The notes under the pieces are model-generated. The model made no database searches, was not told the origin of the DNA, and saw only the letters and a program-made list of their open reading frames with translations. The translations under genes were made by a program, and so were the position numbers. DNA of 64,000 bases, taken from assembly GCA_018262795.1 (NCBI GenBank), contig JADFDM010000014.1, positions 5,449 through 69,448 on the forward strand, in the 5' to 3' direction. Positions 1-10,600 of the stretch are shown one piece after another. This stretch comes from Sphingobacteriales bacterium. Lineage in GTDB: Bacteria > Bacteroidota > Bacteroidia > Chitinophagales > LD1. The first letter of the stretch is position 1; each line of letters starts with the position of its first letter.

Positions 1-2
1 CC

Positions 3-2234
3 GCCTTGCCTTCGGGAACGTATAATATTTTGGTGGCGGATGTGAATGGTTGCCAGGGAGCCGTCACAGCGACTATTAATAATAGCTATACTTTCTCCGC
101 ATCCATTCAAAGTCAAACCGATGTCAGTTGTGCTGGCGGTGCAGATGGAACGGTTACGGTTACTCAAACCGGAGGAGTTCCCGCGTTTCAATATTCTATT
201 GATGGCGGAAACACTTGGCAAAGTAGTGCTATGTTTACAGGATTGTCGGGGGGTGTTTACACTATCTTGGTATCGGATAATAACGGTTGCCTTGCCAACA
301 CAAGCGCTACTATTATTGAGAAACCTCACTTGAACATAGCGGTGGTTTCGGTTTCGAATGTGGGTTGCTTTGGTGACAGTACCGGCTCTATTACCGTGGC
401 TGCCAGCGGTGGCGATAGCGTTTATACTTTCTTGTGGTCAAATGGCAGCAACTCTCAAAACATTTCGGGTGTTACAGCCGGCAACTATTCAGTATCGGTA
501 ACAGACGGGGTGGGTTGTTCTGCTTCTGTTTCTGCGGCTATCACTTCTAATCCGCAACTTATACTTCAGTTAGAGAAAAATAGCCACGTGCTTTGTCATG
601 GAGGGCATAGCGGAGCTATTGATATTACTGTAAACGGAGGTGTTCCGGGTTATACTTATGCTTGGTCCAATAGCTACACTACTGAAGATATTTATGGAAT
701 GGAAGCCGGATTTTATAGCGTAACGGTGACTGATGCTGCTGCCTGTACCATCACCGACAATTATCAAATTACGCAGCCAGCGAGTCAGGTTTCTGCAAGC
801 GCTACCGTAACGGATGTTAACTGTCCGGGGGGAAATGATGGGACTGCCACAGCAATCGGCAGTGGAGGAACTTCTCCCTACTCTTATCTGTGGTCAAATG
901 CACTTGTCGGGAACACTATTATTTCGTTGGAAGCGGGCACTTACATCGTGACGGTGAGTGATAGCAACAGTTGCACTTTTGTCACCACTGCTATTGTAGG
1001 GGAACCACAGCCATTCTCTATTTCATCGGTAGTGCAGGATGCGAAATGTTTTGGGTCAAGCGATGGAGGTGTAAATATTGTTGTGACCGGGGCTACCCCC
1101 GGATATACTTATATGTGGTCGGATGGCTCTGTGAGCCAGAATCTAACAGGTACCGTTGCGGGAACCCCTTCGATTACAGTGACCGATTCTAAAAGTTGTA
1201 CCGTCTCTCAATCCTTCAATGTGAAACAACCGAATGTGATTAACTCATCAGTGGCAGGAAATGATCCGGATTGCCATGGAAACTCTACCGGTTTTGCAGT
1301 TGTTAGTGCAGGAGGAGGAACGCTGCCATACACCTATTCGTGGAGTACCGTGCCTGCTCAGAATGGTTTAATGGGAATAAAGTTAGCCGGTAATCAGCTT
1401 TACTATGTCACTATTACAGACGGGAATAATTGTATTCATGTTGATTCCGTAGAGTTGGCCGATCCTTCGGCTGTAACGGTAACAACTATCCCAACTAATG
1501 TTCGCTGCTTTAATGGAAACAATGGTCAGGTAGAAATTCAGGCAAATGGCGGAAGCGGTAATTATGAATATTTCCTCAATGGAATTTTTCAAACCAGTGC
1601 TGTGTTTACCGGATTAGTAGCCGGAAACTATACGGCTGTGGCGCAAGATGAAAACAATTGCAACGGAGCCGTTAATTTTACGCTGTATCAACCGGATGCT
1701 TTTATTGTGAATGCCGGCCCTGATATTATAGCACTTCACGGACAAACGGTTCAGTTGAATGGAAGCGCTTCATCTGCGAACGGCATCTTGAATTATAATT
1801 GGTCACCGGATGAACAGTTGAGTTGCACTGCTTGCCAGCAAACGAATGCTCGACCCGATTCCACTCTCACGTACTTTCTCACCGTGATGGATGGTGATAG
1901 CTGCTTTAATTACGATTCGGTAACGGTGATGGTAAAGTATGCTACGGATTATTTTATTCCAACGGCCTTTACCCCCAATAGTGATAACCTGAATGATTAT
2001 TTTGATGTAGATATTTTAGGAGCACAGCATATCGAAACAAGTATTTTCAACCGTTGGGGAGAAATGGTTTATCACAATCCGGATCAACCAAACGGTCATT
2101 CAAACGGAAATGCCTGGGATGGAACAAAAAATGGGAAGAGTCTTCCTTACGACACCTACGTCTATCAACTTAAGATTCAGTTTTTTGATGGTACAGAAAA
2201 AACAAAGAACGGAACCGTTGTCTTGATGCGCTAA
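3..2234 (+). CDS. C-terminal part (5' end is upstream of the window) of a giant SprB-repeat cell-surface protein with a T9SS type-B (gliding-motility-associated) C-terminal sorting domain
   Basis: The frame is open to the window edge; the track's M at nt 6 is an in-frame TTG. At least 7 copies of a ~75-aa unit are present: C-x-G-x3-G-x-[IV]-x5-GG-x2-[PG]-Y-x-[YF]-x-W...G-x-Y-x-V-x-V-x-D-x2-GC (SprB-repeat pattern). The C-terminus reads YFIPTAFTPNSDNLNDYF...RWGEMVY...WDGTKNGK...DTYVYQLK...GTVVLMR, the typical type-B CTD signature. Confidence 0.85.
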   Translation, partial: ALPSGTYNILVADVNGCQGAVTATINNSYTFSASIQSQTDVSCAGGADGTVTVTQTGGVPAFQYSIDGGNTWQSSAMFTGLSGGVYTILVSDNNGCLANTSATIIEKPHLNIAVVSVSNVGCFGDSTGSITVAASGGDSVYTFLWSNGSNSQNISGVTAGNYSVSVTDGVGCSASVSAAITSNPQLILQLEKNSHVLCHGGHSGAIDITVNGGVPGYTYAWSNSYTTEDIYGMEAGFYSVTVTDAAACTITDNYQITQPASQVSASATVTDVNCPGGNDGTATAIGSGGTSPYSYLWSNALVGNTIISLEAGTYIVTVSDSNSCTFVTTAIVGEPQPFSISSVVQDAKCFGSSDGGVNIVVTGATPGYTYMWSDGSVSQNLTGTVAGTPSITVTDSKSCTVSQSFNVKQPNVINSSVAGNDPDCHGNSTGFAVVSAGGGTLPYTYSWSTVPAQNGLMGIKLAGNQLYYVTITDGNNCIHVDSVELADPSAVTVTTIPTNVRCFNGNNGQVEIQANGGSGNYEYFLNGIFQTSAVFTGLVAGNYTAVAQDENNCNGAVNFTLYQPDAFIVNAGPDIIALHGQTVQLNGSASSANGILNYNWSPDEQLSCTACQQTNARPDSTLTYFLTVMDGDSCFNYDSVTVMVKYATDYFIPTAFTPNSDNLNDYFDVDILGAQHIETSIFNRWGEMVYHNPDQPNGHSNGNAWDGTKNGKSLPYDTYVYQLKIQFFDGTEKTKNGTVVLMR

Positions 2235-2492
2235 TGCTTAAGAAGTAAAAGAAATTCCTATCGCTCAATAATTTTTCAATCCACTCCTTCCGGAAGTGGA
2301 CGTAGGGATTATTAGTGCAGTACACTTTAACCCTTTTGCTAACTATTTCATCCTGAAAGAAAAAAAAGAGTGTTTTTTTTTTGAAATTCCTTTATACAGC
2401 GTATTTTTCCGCGAGTTTTAAATCGCCTGTGAATTACTTGAATGAGTATTTTATCGGAAACTCCTGACAATTAAATAAACTAAAACTTAAGC

Positions 2493-5400
2493 ATGAGAGA
2501 TTTTCTATCCTCTTTATCCCGGAAACTTATTGTACCTATTGTTGTTCTGTTCCTCTTCCCTTGGTATCAGAGTTTTGGGCAATGTGGATTAAGTTCTTTC
2601 CCAGAAGGAGGAACTTCTACCCCTACCGGTACTTGGCAATCTGTAAATGTGGGAAGCGGCACCTATGCTGACTTTAATGTGACTGCTGGAAATATTTACT
2701 CTTTTCGTTATGCCGGATCCACTGTATTAGGATATGATTGGGATATGACGGTTTCTAGTTCCTCTGCTATCATTCCGTATAACAATTCTTTGACACCTTT
2801 AAATGACTCATGGACCGGTGGAGTAAGTTGTCCTAATACACCTCGTCCTTCTTCTGCGGAGTGGTACTCTACTTTTAACGGAACGTTTAGAGTTAATACT
2901 CATTTATGGAACGGCACCTGCCACAATTTTGTGGGCGGTATAGGTTCAGCAGTTTTACAATATAAGGTATGTCCTACTTCGCCCGATCCGGGACCCGGCA
3001 CTAATCAATGGGTGGTAGATGCCTTTGCTACCGCGGATGTTGCTATCCCTAACTTGGATGCTAGATACGGATATTACACAGATGGGAATTTGAATTTTGC
3101 AACGACTGCTGCTTGGGGTACACTTGGCAGGCCTTCTGATGCTGCTTCATGGGTTGGTTGTGAAGTTCCTAACGATAATTTTGCTATCAGAGCAAGAAGA
3201 ATTGGGTTCCCCTGCGGTTATTATAAAATTAATGTAAACAACGCGGATGATGACATTCGAGTTTATGTGAATGGCACACAGATATTTAGTGCGCCCTGTT
3301 GCATTAGCTCACCGACACTCGCAGCTTCTTATGTTTTAGGGCCAAGTGATCAGGTCGAGATTCGTCTCGTGGATAAATGTGGTACCGGTTTGGCTAATGT
3401 GAGTTTTGTGCCGCAAGGTGTAGCCGCTGTTACCGGTGGTACTATTGGGGGAATTGCCAATGGAACAAACGTATGTGCGGGACCACTCACTGTTCCCTTT
3501 ACTAATGTCACATCTGGCTCTGGAGGAGTTTCAGGGTTAACGAATGGCGGTGCTATTACCTATGATTGGGAGGTTTCCTCCGATGGCGGTCTTACCTACA
3601 ACGCGGTGGGAGTGAACTCCCCTAATTGGACTTTTAATGGTGTTCTTCCGGCTGGTGGAGTCTTTATTATCAGACGAGTTGCTATGGATAAATGTGGAAC
3701 TTCTACCTATTCCAATAGTATTACCATTATAGGTCAGCCACAGCCCAATGGCAGTATGGCTCCTATTACGCAAACAATTTGTCCTGGAACTACTGCTGTG
3801 CTAACATTGAATTTTGCTCCCGGCACATCCCCTTACACTATTTCGTTTACTGATGGAGTTAGCAATTATACACGAACGGGATTATACAGCGGAGATACTT
3901 TACAGGTAAATCCGGTTATTAATACCAACTATAATTTTGTAACCATTACCGACTCGTTCGGCTGTGTCCGCTCCAGTGCATTTACGGGAGGAGCGCAAGT
4001 GCTTGTTCAGCCGTCTATTAATATTACAAGCGTAAATGTTGCGGATGCAGGTTGTTTCGGAGGCAATAATGGTTCGATTACTATTAACGCAAACGGAGGG
4101 GTATCTCCACTACATTATTCTATAGATGGAGGCGCTACTTCACAACTCTCTAATATCTTCAACAATCTTGCCGCAGGGAATTATAATGCTGTTGTGACGG
4201 ATGACTTTGGGTGCACGCAGAATTATGCCGGCAATCCGGTGGTGGTTGGGCAACCTACTGATATTGTTGTTGACTCTGCAATTATTAGAGATGCCAGTTG
4301 TGCGAACGTTTATGATGGCAGTATTTCTATTTATGCTACCGGTGGAGTTCCGCCTTATAGTTATTCGTTGAATGGGGGGCCCACTCAACCCGGGAATGTG
4401 TTCAACGGCCTGGCTTCAAGCACTTATCAAATCAGCATATTTGACACTCATGGTTGTGTGGATACTTCATCGGTAACAATAGGAGACACTTATATCATTT
4501 CAGTGGATACCGTTTCTCAAACCAATTTATCTTGCTTTGGTTCTGCGGATGGTGCGGTTACCGTACAGGTAAATGGAGGTATTCCTCCGTATGATTATTC
4601 GATCAACGGAATTACTTTCCAATCATCCGGAACTTTCTCCGGATTAAGTGCAGGTACTTTTATTATTGTAGGTAGAGATTCAAAAGGTTGCACTGAGTTT
4701 GCTACGGTCAATATTACGCAACCGGGTTTAGTCACCGTAACTGTTGATTCCATTACAAACGTATTATGTAATGGTTCCGCTACCGGTGGTATTTACATGA
4801 CTCCTTCTGGTGGAACACCAGGCTACACCTTTAGCTGGAGTAATAGTGTAAGTACAGAAGATAACCTGAATGTAACGGCAGGCACCTATAATGTGACAGT
4901 GACTGACTCGCATGGTTGTTCCGCAGTCGGTGGTGCTACTATTAATCAACCTTTAGAGCTATTTGTCAATGTGGCTATATATAATGACCTATTGTGTTTT
5001 AATGATTCTACGGGAGCCATAGATGTCACTGCGAATGGTGGAGTTCCCCCTTATTCCTATAGTTGGAGTAATGGATCTTCTTCCGAAGACTTGGATCATT
5101 TGCCAGCAGGAACTTATACAGTAACAGTGACGGATGCAAATGGATGTCAGAAAGATATAACCCAGTCAATTATAGCGCCAACGGCACTGGTCTCCTCTAT
5201 TGTCGGAACCGATGTAAGTTGTAATGGAGCGAATGATGGAGCTGCCGACCTCACTGTAAGCGGAGGAACAACTCCTTATTTCTATCAATGGTCCACTTTC
5301 CAAGCTACGGAAGATGTTACCGGACTCCATGGGGGTCTTTACTATGTAGTTATTAATGACAACAACGGCTGCTCTCAAAGAGATTCTGTGATGATTGCGG

Positions 5401-7556
5401 AACCGCTGCCGTTGGTTCTCTCCACAAGTGTTGTCAACATTTCTTGTTTCAATGCTGGAGATGGAGCTATAGATTTAAGTGTTACCGGAGGCACTCAACC
5501 TTATTCTTATGCATGGAGCAATGGCTCCACCTCCGAAGACTTGACTAATTTATCGGGAGGCACCTATGTTGTAACCGTAACGGATGCCCACAACTGCACC
5601 AGCACCACCTCTGTCATTATTGTTAATCCAACTCTTATTAGCACTAACTTCATCGTCACTTCACCTCTTTGTTTTGGAGATAACAATGGAGTGATTGACC
5701 TAATCGTTTCGGGAGGAACACCAGGTTACACGTTTAACTGGAGCAACGGAACCACCACTGAAGATTTACAAAATATTCCTGCAGGAAGCTATCAGGTGAC
5801 AGTAACAGATGCTAAGGGCTGTGATAAAACGGATTCAACAATAGTAACAGAGCCTGATCCTATAGTAACATCAGGGTTTATTAAAAACGTGACCTGTAAT
5901 GGATATCAAGATGGTATGATTGATATTACAGCCTATGGAGGGACCCTTCCTTATAGTTACCATTGGTCAACAGGAGAGTCAACAGAAGATATTATTCAAC
6001 TTCCCGGTGGTAGTTATTATGTAACAGTAACCGATGCTCATGGTTGTATTGCGTCAACTCTTTATCCCGTGCTTGAGCCTCCGGTATTATCTGTGAGTGT
6101 AGTGGGATCACCGGTTTCGTGCTTTGGTGGGAATAATGGTACTGTAGCTGCTATTCCTGTAGGAGGAGTTACCCCTTACGAATACTTATGGAATAATTTT
6201 GTGACTGATTCTTCGCAACAAGGGGTGATGGCAGGGCATTATGTAGTGCTGTTGACGGACTCTAACGGATGTCACACTTTTGACAGTATTGATATCACTC
6301 AACCCACAGAAATTATTATCACTGGGGTTATTACTGATGTGGCTTGTAATGGAGCCAGCACCGGATCTATTGATATTACAGTTTCAGGAGGCACCCCAGG
6401 TTATACTTATGTTTGGTCAAATAGCACTACCTCTGAAGACCTGACCGGGCTTCCGGCAGGCGTTTATACAGTTTCTGTTACAGATGCTAATGGTTGTGTA
6501 AAGTCCGCTACATTTACGGTGAACCAAGCCGTAAACCTATTTACAAATGTATCCTCCAGTAATCCGGTTTGCTATGGTGGAAGTAATGGATTTATTTCAG
6601 TGGATGTGACAGGAGGAACCATCCCTTACACCTATATATGGAGCACAACACCTCCGCAAACCGGGGCTACTGCTACTAATTTAGAAGCAGGTAATTATAC
6701 CTTGACAACTACCGATGCCGGGAATTGTTCCGCTACGGTGACGGTGGCGCTTACCAATCCAGATTCTATAAATATTACTGCTACAGGAACTGATGCCAAA
6801 TGTTACAATACTGCCACAGGCGAAGTTACTGCCACTGTAACCGGAGGAAAGCCGCCTTATGTTTATACCCTAAATGGTATTACCCAACAGGCTAATTCAT
6901 TTGCTAATCTGGCTCCCGGTACTTATGTAATTGCCGTGAGAGATGCGAACGGTTGTGAGGGAACAAAAGTGTTCACCATAGCTTCTCCAAGCCAGGTGAG
7001 CGTGGACTTAACAGCACCTCAAGCGGTTATTCTTGCAGGGATGACGACTCAGTTGGTGGCCACCGCAAACTCTACCTCTCCCATTGTGAACTATTTCTGG
7101 CAACCTATTGATTCTGTGTTGTTTGACTTTAGCAATTGTGCTGATCCGGAAAATTGCTTTAACCCTTATGTGCAGCCATTTTATACCACTGTGTTTACGG
7201 TGATGGTGATGAATCAGGACTCCTGCTTTGCCAGCGATACGGTGAGCATAATTGTAGAGAACGAATTATCTGCATTTATCCCATCTGCCTTCACGCCAAA
7301 CGGAGACGGATTAAATGATCTATTCACCTTTGATATACTTGGTGCCACGAATATTGAGATTGGTATTTTTAGTCGTTGGGGTGAGCGCGTATTCTACAAC
7401 GCTAACCAGAGCAACGGCATTGGTGCGACTAATGGATGGGATGGCAAGAAGGATGGAAAGGCGTTGCCGGATGATACTTATGTCTATCAAATGAAAATCA
7501 CTTATTTTGATGGAGTGGTGAGAGATAAAACGGGCACAGTTACAATAATGCAATAA
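2493..7556 (+). CDS. Giant SprB-repeat adhesin-like surface protein (1687 aa): signal peptide, Cys-containing ~300-aa head with a PA14-like segment, Ig-like modules, 13 SprB repeats, T9SS type-B CTD
   Basis: ATG start with a hydrophobic signal peptide (LIVPIVVLFLFPWYQSFGQC). Head motif GYYKINVNNADDDIRVYVNGTQIF is tentatively PA14-like. I counted 13 units carrying the C.G...G.I.....GG..PY.Y.W core. C-terminus FIPSAFTPNGDGLNDLFTFDILGA...RWGERVFY...WDGKKDGK...DTYVYQMK...GTVTIMQ. Confidence 0.9.
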   Translation: MRDFLSSLSRKLIVPIVVLFLFPWYQSFGQCGLSSFPEGGTSTPTGTWQSVNVGSGTYADFNVTAGNIYSFRYAGSTVLGYDWDMTVSSSSAIIPYNNSLTPLNDSWTGGVSCPNTPRPSSAEWYSTFNGTFRVNTHLWNGTCHNFVGGIGSAVLQYKVCPTSPDPGPGTNQWVVDAFATADVAIPNLDARYGYYTDGNLNFATTAAWGTLGRPSDAASWVGCEVPNDNFAIRARRIGFPCGYYKINVNNADDDIRVYVNGTQIFSAPCCISSPTLAASYVLGPSDQVEIRLVDKCGTGLANVSFVPQGVAAVTGGTIGGIANGTNVCAGPLTVPFTNVTSGSGGVSGLTNGGAITYDWEVSSDGGLTYNAVGVNSPNWTFNGVLPAGGVFIIRRVAMDKCGTSTYSNSITIIGQPQPNGSMAPITQTICPGTTAVLTLNFAPGTSPYTISFTDGVSNYTRTGLYSGDTLQVNPVINTNYNFVTITDSFGCVRSSAFTGGAQVLVQPSINITSVNVADAGCFGGNNGSITINANGGVSPLHYSIDGGATSQLSNIFNNLAAGNYNAVVTDDFGCTQNYAGNPVVVGQPTDIVVDSAIIRDASCANVYDGSISIYATGGVPPYSYSLNGGPTQPGNVFNGLASSTYQISIFDTHGCVDTSSVTIGDTYIISVDTVSQTNLSCFGSADGAVTVQVNGGIPPYDYSINGITFQSSGTFSGLSAGTFIIVGRDSKGCTEFATVNITQPGLVTVTVDSITNVLCNGSATGGIYMTPSGGTPGYTFSWSNSVSTEDNLNVTAGTYNVTVTDSHGCSAVGGATINQPLELFVNVAIYNDLLCFNDSTGAIDVTANGGVPPYSYSWSNGSSSEDLDHLPAGTYTVTVTDANGCQKDITQSIIAPTALVSSIVGTDVSCNGANDGAADLTVSGGTTPYFYQWSTFQATEDVTGLHGGLYYVVINDNNGCSQRDSVMIAEPLPLVLSTSVVNISCFNAGDGAIDLSVTGGTQPYSYAWSNGSTSEDLTNLSGGTYVVTVTDAHNCTSTTSVIIVNPTLISTNFIVTSPLCFGDNNGVIDLIVSGGTPGYTFNWSNGTTTEDLQNIPAGSYQVTVTDAKGCDKTDSTIVTEPDPIVTSGFIKNVTCNGYQDGMIDITAYGGTLPYSYHWSTGESTEDIIQLPGGSYYVTVTDAHGCIASTLYPVLEPPVLSVSVVGSPVSCFGGNNGTVAAIPVGGVTPYEYLWNNFVTDSSQQGVMAGHYVVLLTDSNGCHTFDSIDITQPTEIIITGVITDVACNGASTGSIDITVSGGTPGYTYVWSNSTTSEDLTGLPAGVYTVSVTDANGCVKSATFTVNQAVNLFTNVSSSNPVCYGGSNGFISVDVTGGTIPYTYIWSTTPPQTGATATNLEAGNYTLTTTDAGNCSATVTVALTNPDSINITATGTDAKCYNTATGEVTATVTGGKPPYVYTLNGITQQANSFANLAPGTYVIAVRDANGCEGTKVFTIASPSQVSVDLTAPQAVILAGMTTQLVATANSTSPIVNYFWQPIDSVLFDFSNCADPENCFNPYVQPFYTTVFTVMVMNQDSCFASDTVSIIVENELSAFIPSAFTPNGDGLNDLFTFDILGATNIEIGIFSRWGERVFYNANQSNGIGATNGWDGKKDGKALPDDTYVYQMKITYFDGVVRDKTGTVTIMQ

Positions 7557-7636
7557 AAGAATATTTTTACGCAGTAAGTCCTGGTCAGTTTGATTGGGAC
7601 TTAGTGTCATATACACTAACTTAAGTAATCCTGAAT

Positions 7637-10600
7637 ATGAAAAAGAATTATACCCCTACCTTCAAAAGCACCCATTTGTTTGCTTTGCTGACGTTATTTT
7701 TTGTCGGGTTCCAAATAAATAGTTTTGGACAGTGCCCTTCTCCATGTGCCGCCAGTTTCTTTAATCAAGGTGGAGCTGTTACGCCAATTTCTAATTCTAC
7801 TCAGCAGGTTACTATCGGTCCGGGCACCTATGTATCTGCTAACGTGCACAACGGAGGTATTTATACTTTCGGCCATTGTAGTAATTCGAGCCCCAATTGG
7901 AGCGATACGCAATTGGGAGGTTTTACAACTTCATCATCTTGCTTATTTTACAATGATGATGCTGGACCGTCTTGTTCCGGGTTACATGCTTCTGCTCAAT
8001 GGTCTTCTAATTTTACAGGAACAATTAATGTTAACTCATACAAATATCCATGCGGTGGATGGAACTCAACAGCAGGCACCTCCGGAATATTAGATTACCG
8101 ATGTGACGGTCCGGGAAACCCCGCTACTTATGGTAATGGAGAATGGTTGCTTTATGCTTGGAATGCTGGTGATGCGAACGGTGGAAGCGGTTCATGGTCA
8201 AGTGCCTACAGTGGTTACATGCCAGTTAGCTCCTTATCATTTAATACCACCAGTTTATGGCCGGACGGAGGTTCCCCATCTGATTATTCCGGATTTTTAG
8301 GATGTTACGTAGGCCCTGATACCCATTCATGGAGTGCTAAGCGTACCGGATTTGATTGTGGGGCGTACCAGATTAGTATTCCTTTTCACGATGACAGTTA
8401 CTACCTGTATGTGAATGGCGGTCTAGTTAGTAGTCACGTGGGAGGATGCTGCGATAATCACGGAGTGGTGTGGACAGGAGTTTTAACCTCTTCCAGTACG
8501 ATTGAGTTTAGAGTGAGTGAAGGTGGCGGAGGTTCTCAGGCTCAAATTCTGGTAACTCCGGTAAGCCCACCAACTCTTACGGCTGGTTCTATATCTGCCG
8601 ATCAAACTATTTGCTCAGGTGGAGATCCTGCCTTGCTGAATAATAACTCCTCGCCCAGCGGGGGCGTGGGACCAGCCTACACGGGTGGGTTTTATACTTA
8701 TAACTGGTACCAATATGATAATTGCAATACGGGGCTTGCGGTAGCGTTGGGAGTTAATGCTCCTACCTATAATCCACCTGCGGGACTTACTTTAACAAGA
8801 TGTTATGTAAGAACAGTAAATGATGCTTGTGGACACGATGCTTACACCACTCCAGTGACTGTAACAGTGGTTGCCGATCCATCTGTGAGTGTGCCGGCTT
8901 ATACAAATAGTACAATTTGTGTTGGAGGTTCTTCAAATGCAAGCGTCAGTGTAAACGGAGGTACCGGAACTATTTCCTACCAATGGCAATATTACAACGG
9001 GGGAACTTGGGGCAATGTCGCTAACGGCTTACCCGCAGGAGCTACCTATTCCAATCAGACCAGCTCAACTATGACGATTAATGGAATCTCAAGTGCAGGG
9101 GGGTATCAATACCGCTGTATAGTGAGCGCTACCGGCTCGGGCTGTAACAGCACTACCAGTTCTCCAGCCACGTTAACAGTAGTAGCAGATCCAACCGTAA
9201 CCCCTGCGGCTCTTACTGCCACAACCATTTGTGCAGGAGGAACATCCGATGCCAGCGTGACAGCTTCCAACGGCACCGGAACAATTTCCTACCAATGGCA
9301 ATATTACAATGGAGGAACGTGGATAAATGTAACTTCCGGAATACCCACCGGTGCAGCTTACGTTGGAACCACTGCTTCTACCATGACCATAGGAGGAATT
9401 ACAGCGGCAGGGAACTATCAATACCGTTGTGTTGTTAGCGCTACCGGCTCTGGTTGTAATTCGGTAACTAGTAGTCCAGTAACATTAACAGTGAATCCAG
9501 ATCCTTCTGTCAGTACTCCATTATTTACAAATGCTACCATCTGTTCGGGGGGGGCAAGCAATGTAAGCGTTACCGCTACAGGTGGAATGACACTCAGCTA
9601 TCAGTGGCAGTATTATAACGGAGGAACTTGGGGAAATGTGACGAATGGCTTGCCTACTGGTGCAACTTATTCGAATGTGACATCCGCTACTATGACTATC
9701 AATGGAATTACCACGCCATCTACTTATGACTATCGTTGTATTGTTAGTTCTACAGGGTCTAGCTGCGATCCAATTAATAGCTCTGCAAACACCTTAACTG
9801 TGGTTGCCGATCCGGCTATCTCTATCAATGGTGGAGGCACCTTCTGTGCTTCTGGTTCATCAGTGTTTACATCTGTTGTTTCCGGTGGAACAGGAACGCT
9901 CTCATATCAATGGCAGAATAGTACAAATGGGGTCACCTTCAATAATATCGGTGGTGCAACTTCATCTAGCTACACTTCTCCATCTGTTTCATCAACTACT
10001 TATTATCGTTGTATCTATTCTGCTACCGGCTCCGGTTGCGGTTCGGCTACTTCAAATATAGATACCGTAATTATTGTCCCTTCTATTGCCAACAATACTA
10101 TCGCCAATTATCAGAAATTTTGTTTGAATGGAGATCCGGCAATAATCGTAGGTGCGGCTGTATCAGGCGGTACAGGATCCTACTCTTATCTTTGGGAGCA
10201 GAGTACTAACGGAGGCGTTTCTTGGTCACCGGCTACCGGTACCAATAATGCCGCTAACTATGACCCGCCATTTACATCTGCCACTATTCGTTATCATAGA
10301 GTGGTTACTTCTGGGGTTTGCCCTTCTACTAGTAATGAGGCTCTGATATTAGTACTGCCTCTGCCTCAGGTAACAAATGTAAGTTCTACTGACGTGTTAT
10401 GTTATGGGGGTAGTAGCGGAACAATAACAGTTTCCGGTTCTACCTCAAATGGTAGTATTTATTATTCTAATAATGGGGGAGGAACCTATCAAGTTTCCGG
10501 TTCCTTTACAGGACTTCCTATCGGAAGTTACAATGTTTATGTGAGAGATGATAGCGCGTGTATTAATAGTTATGTAGGCAACCCGGTGGTACTTAACCAG

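Noticed and set aside
2470-7636. Shared AACTTAAG octamer just upstream of the ATGs of the 2493 and 7637 genes as a common regulatory site
   Set aside because: It is only 8 nt, at different distances from the start codons, and absent upstream of 20186 and 21050, so it is too short to distinguish from chance.
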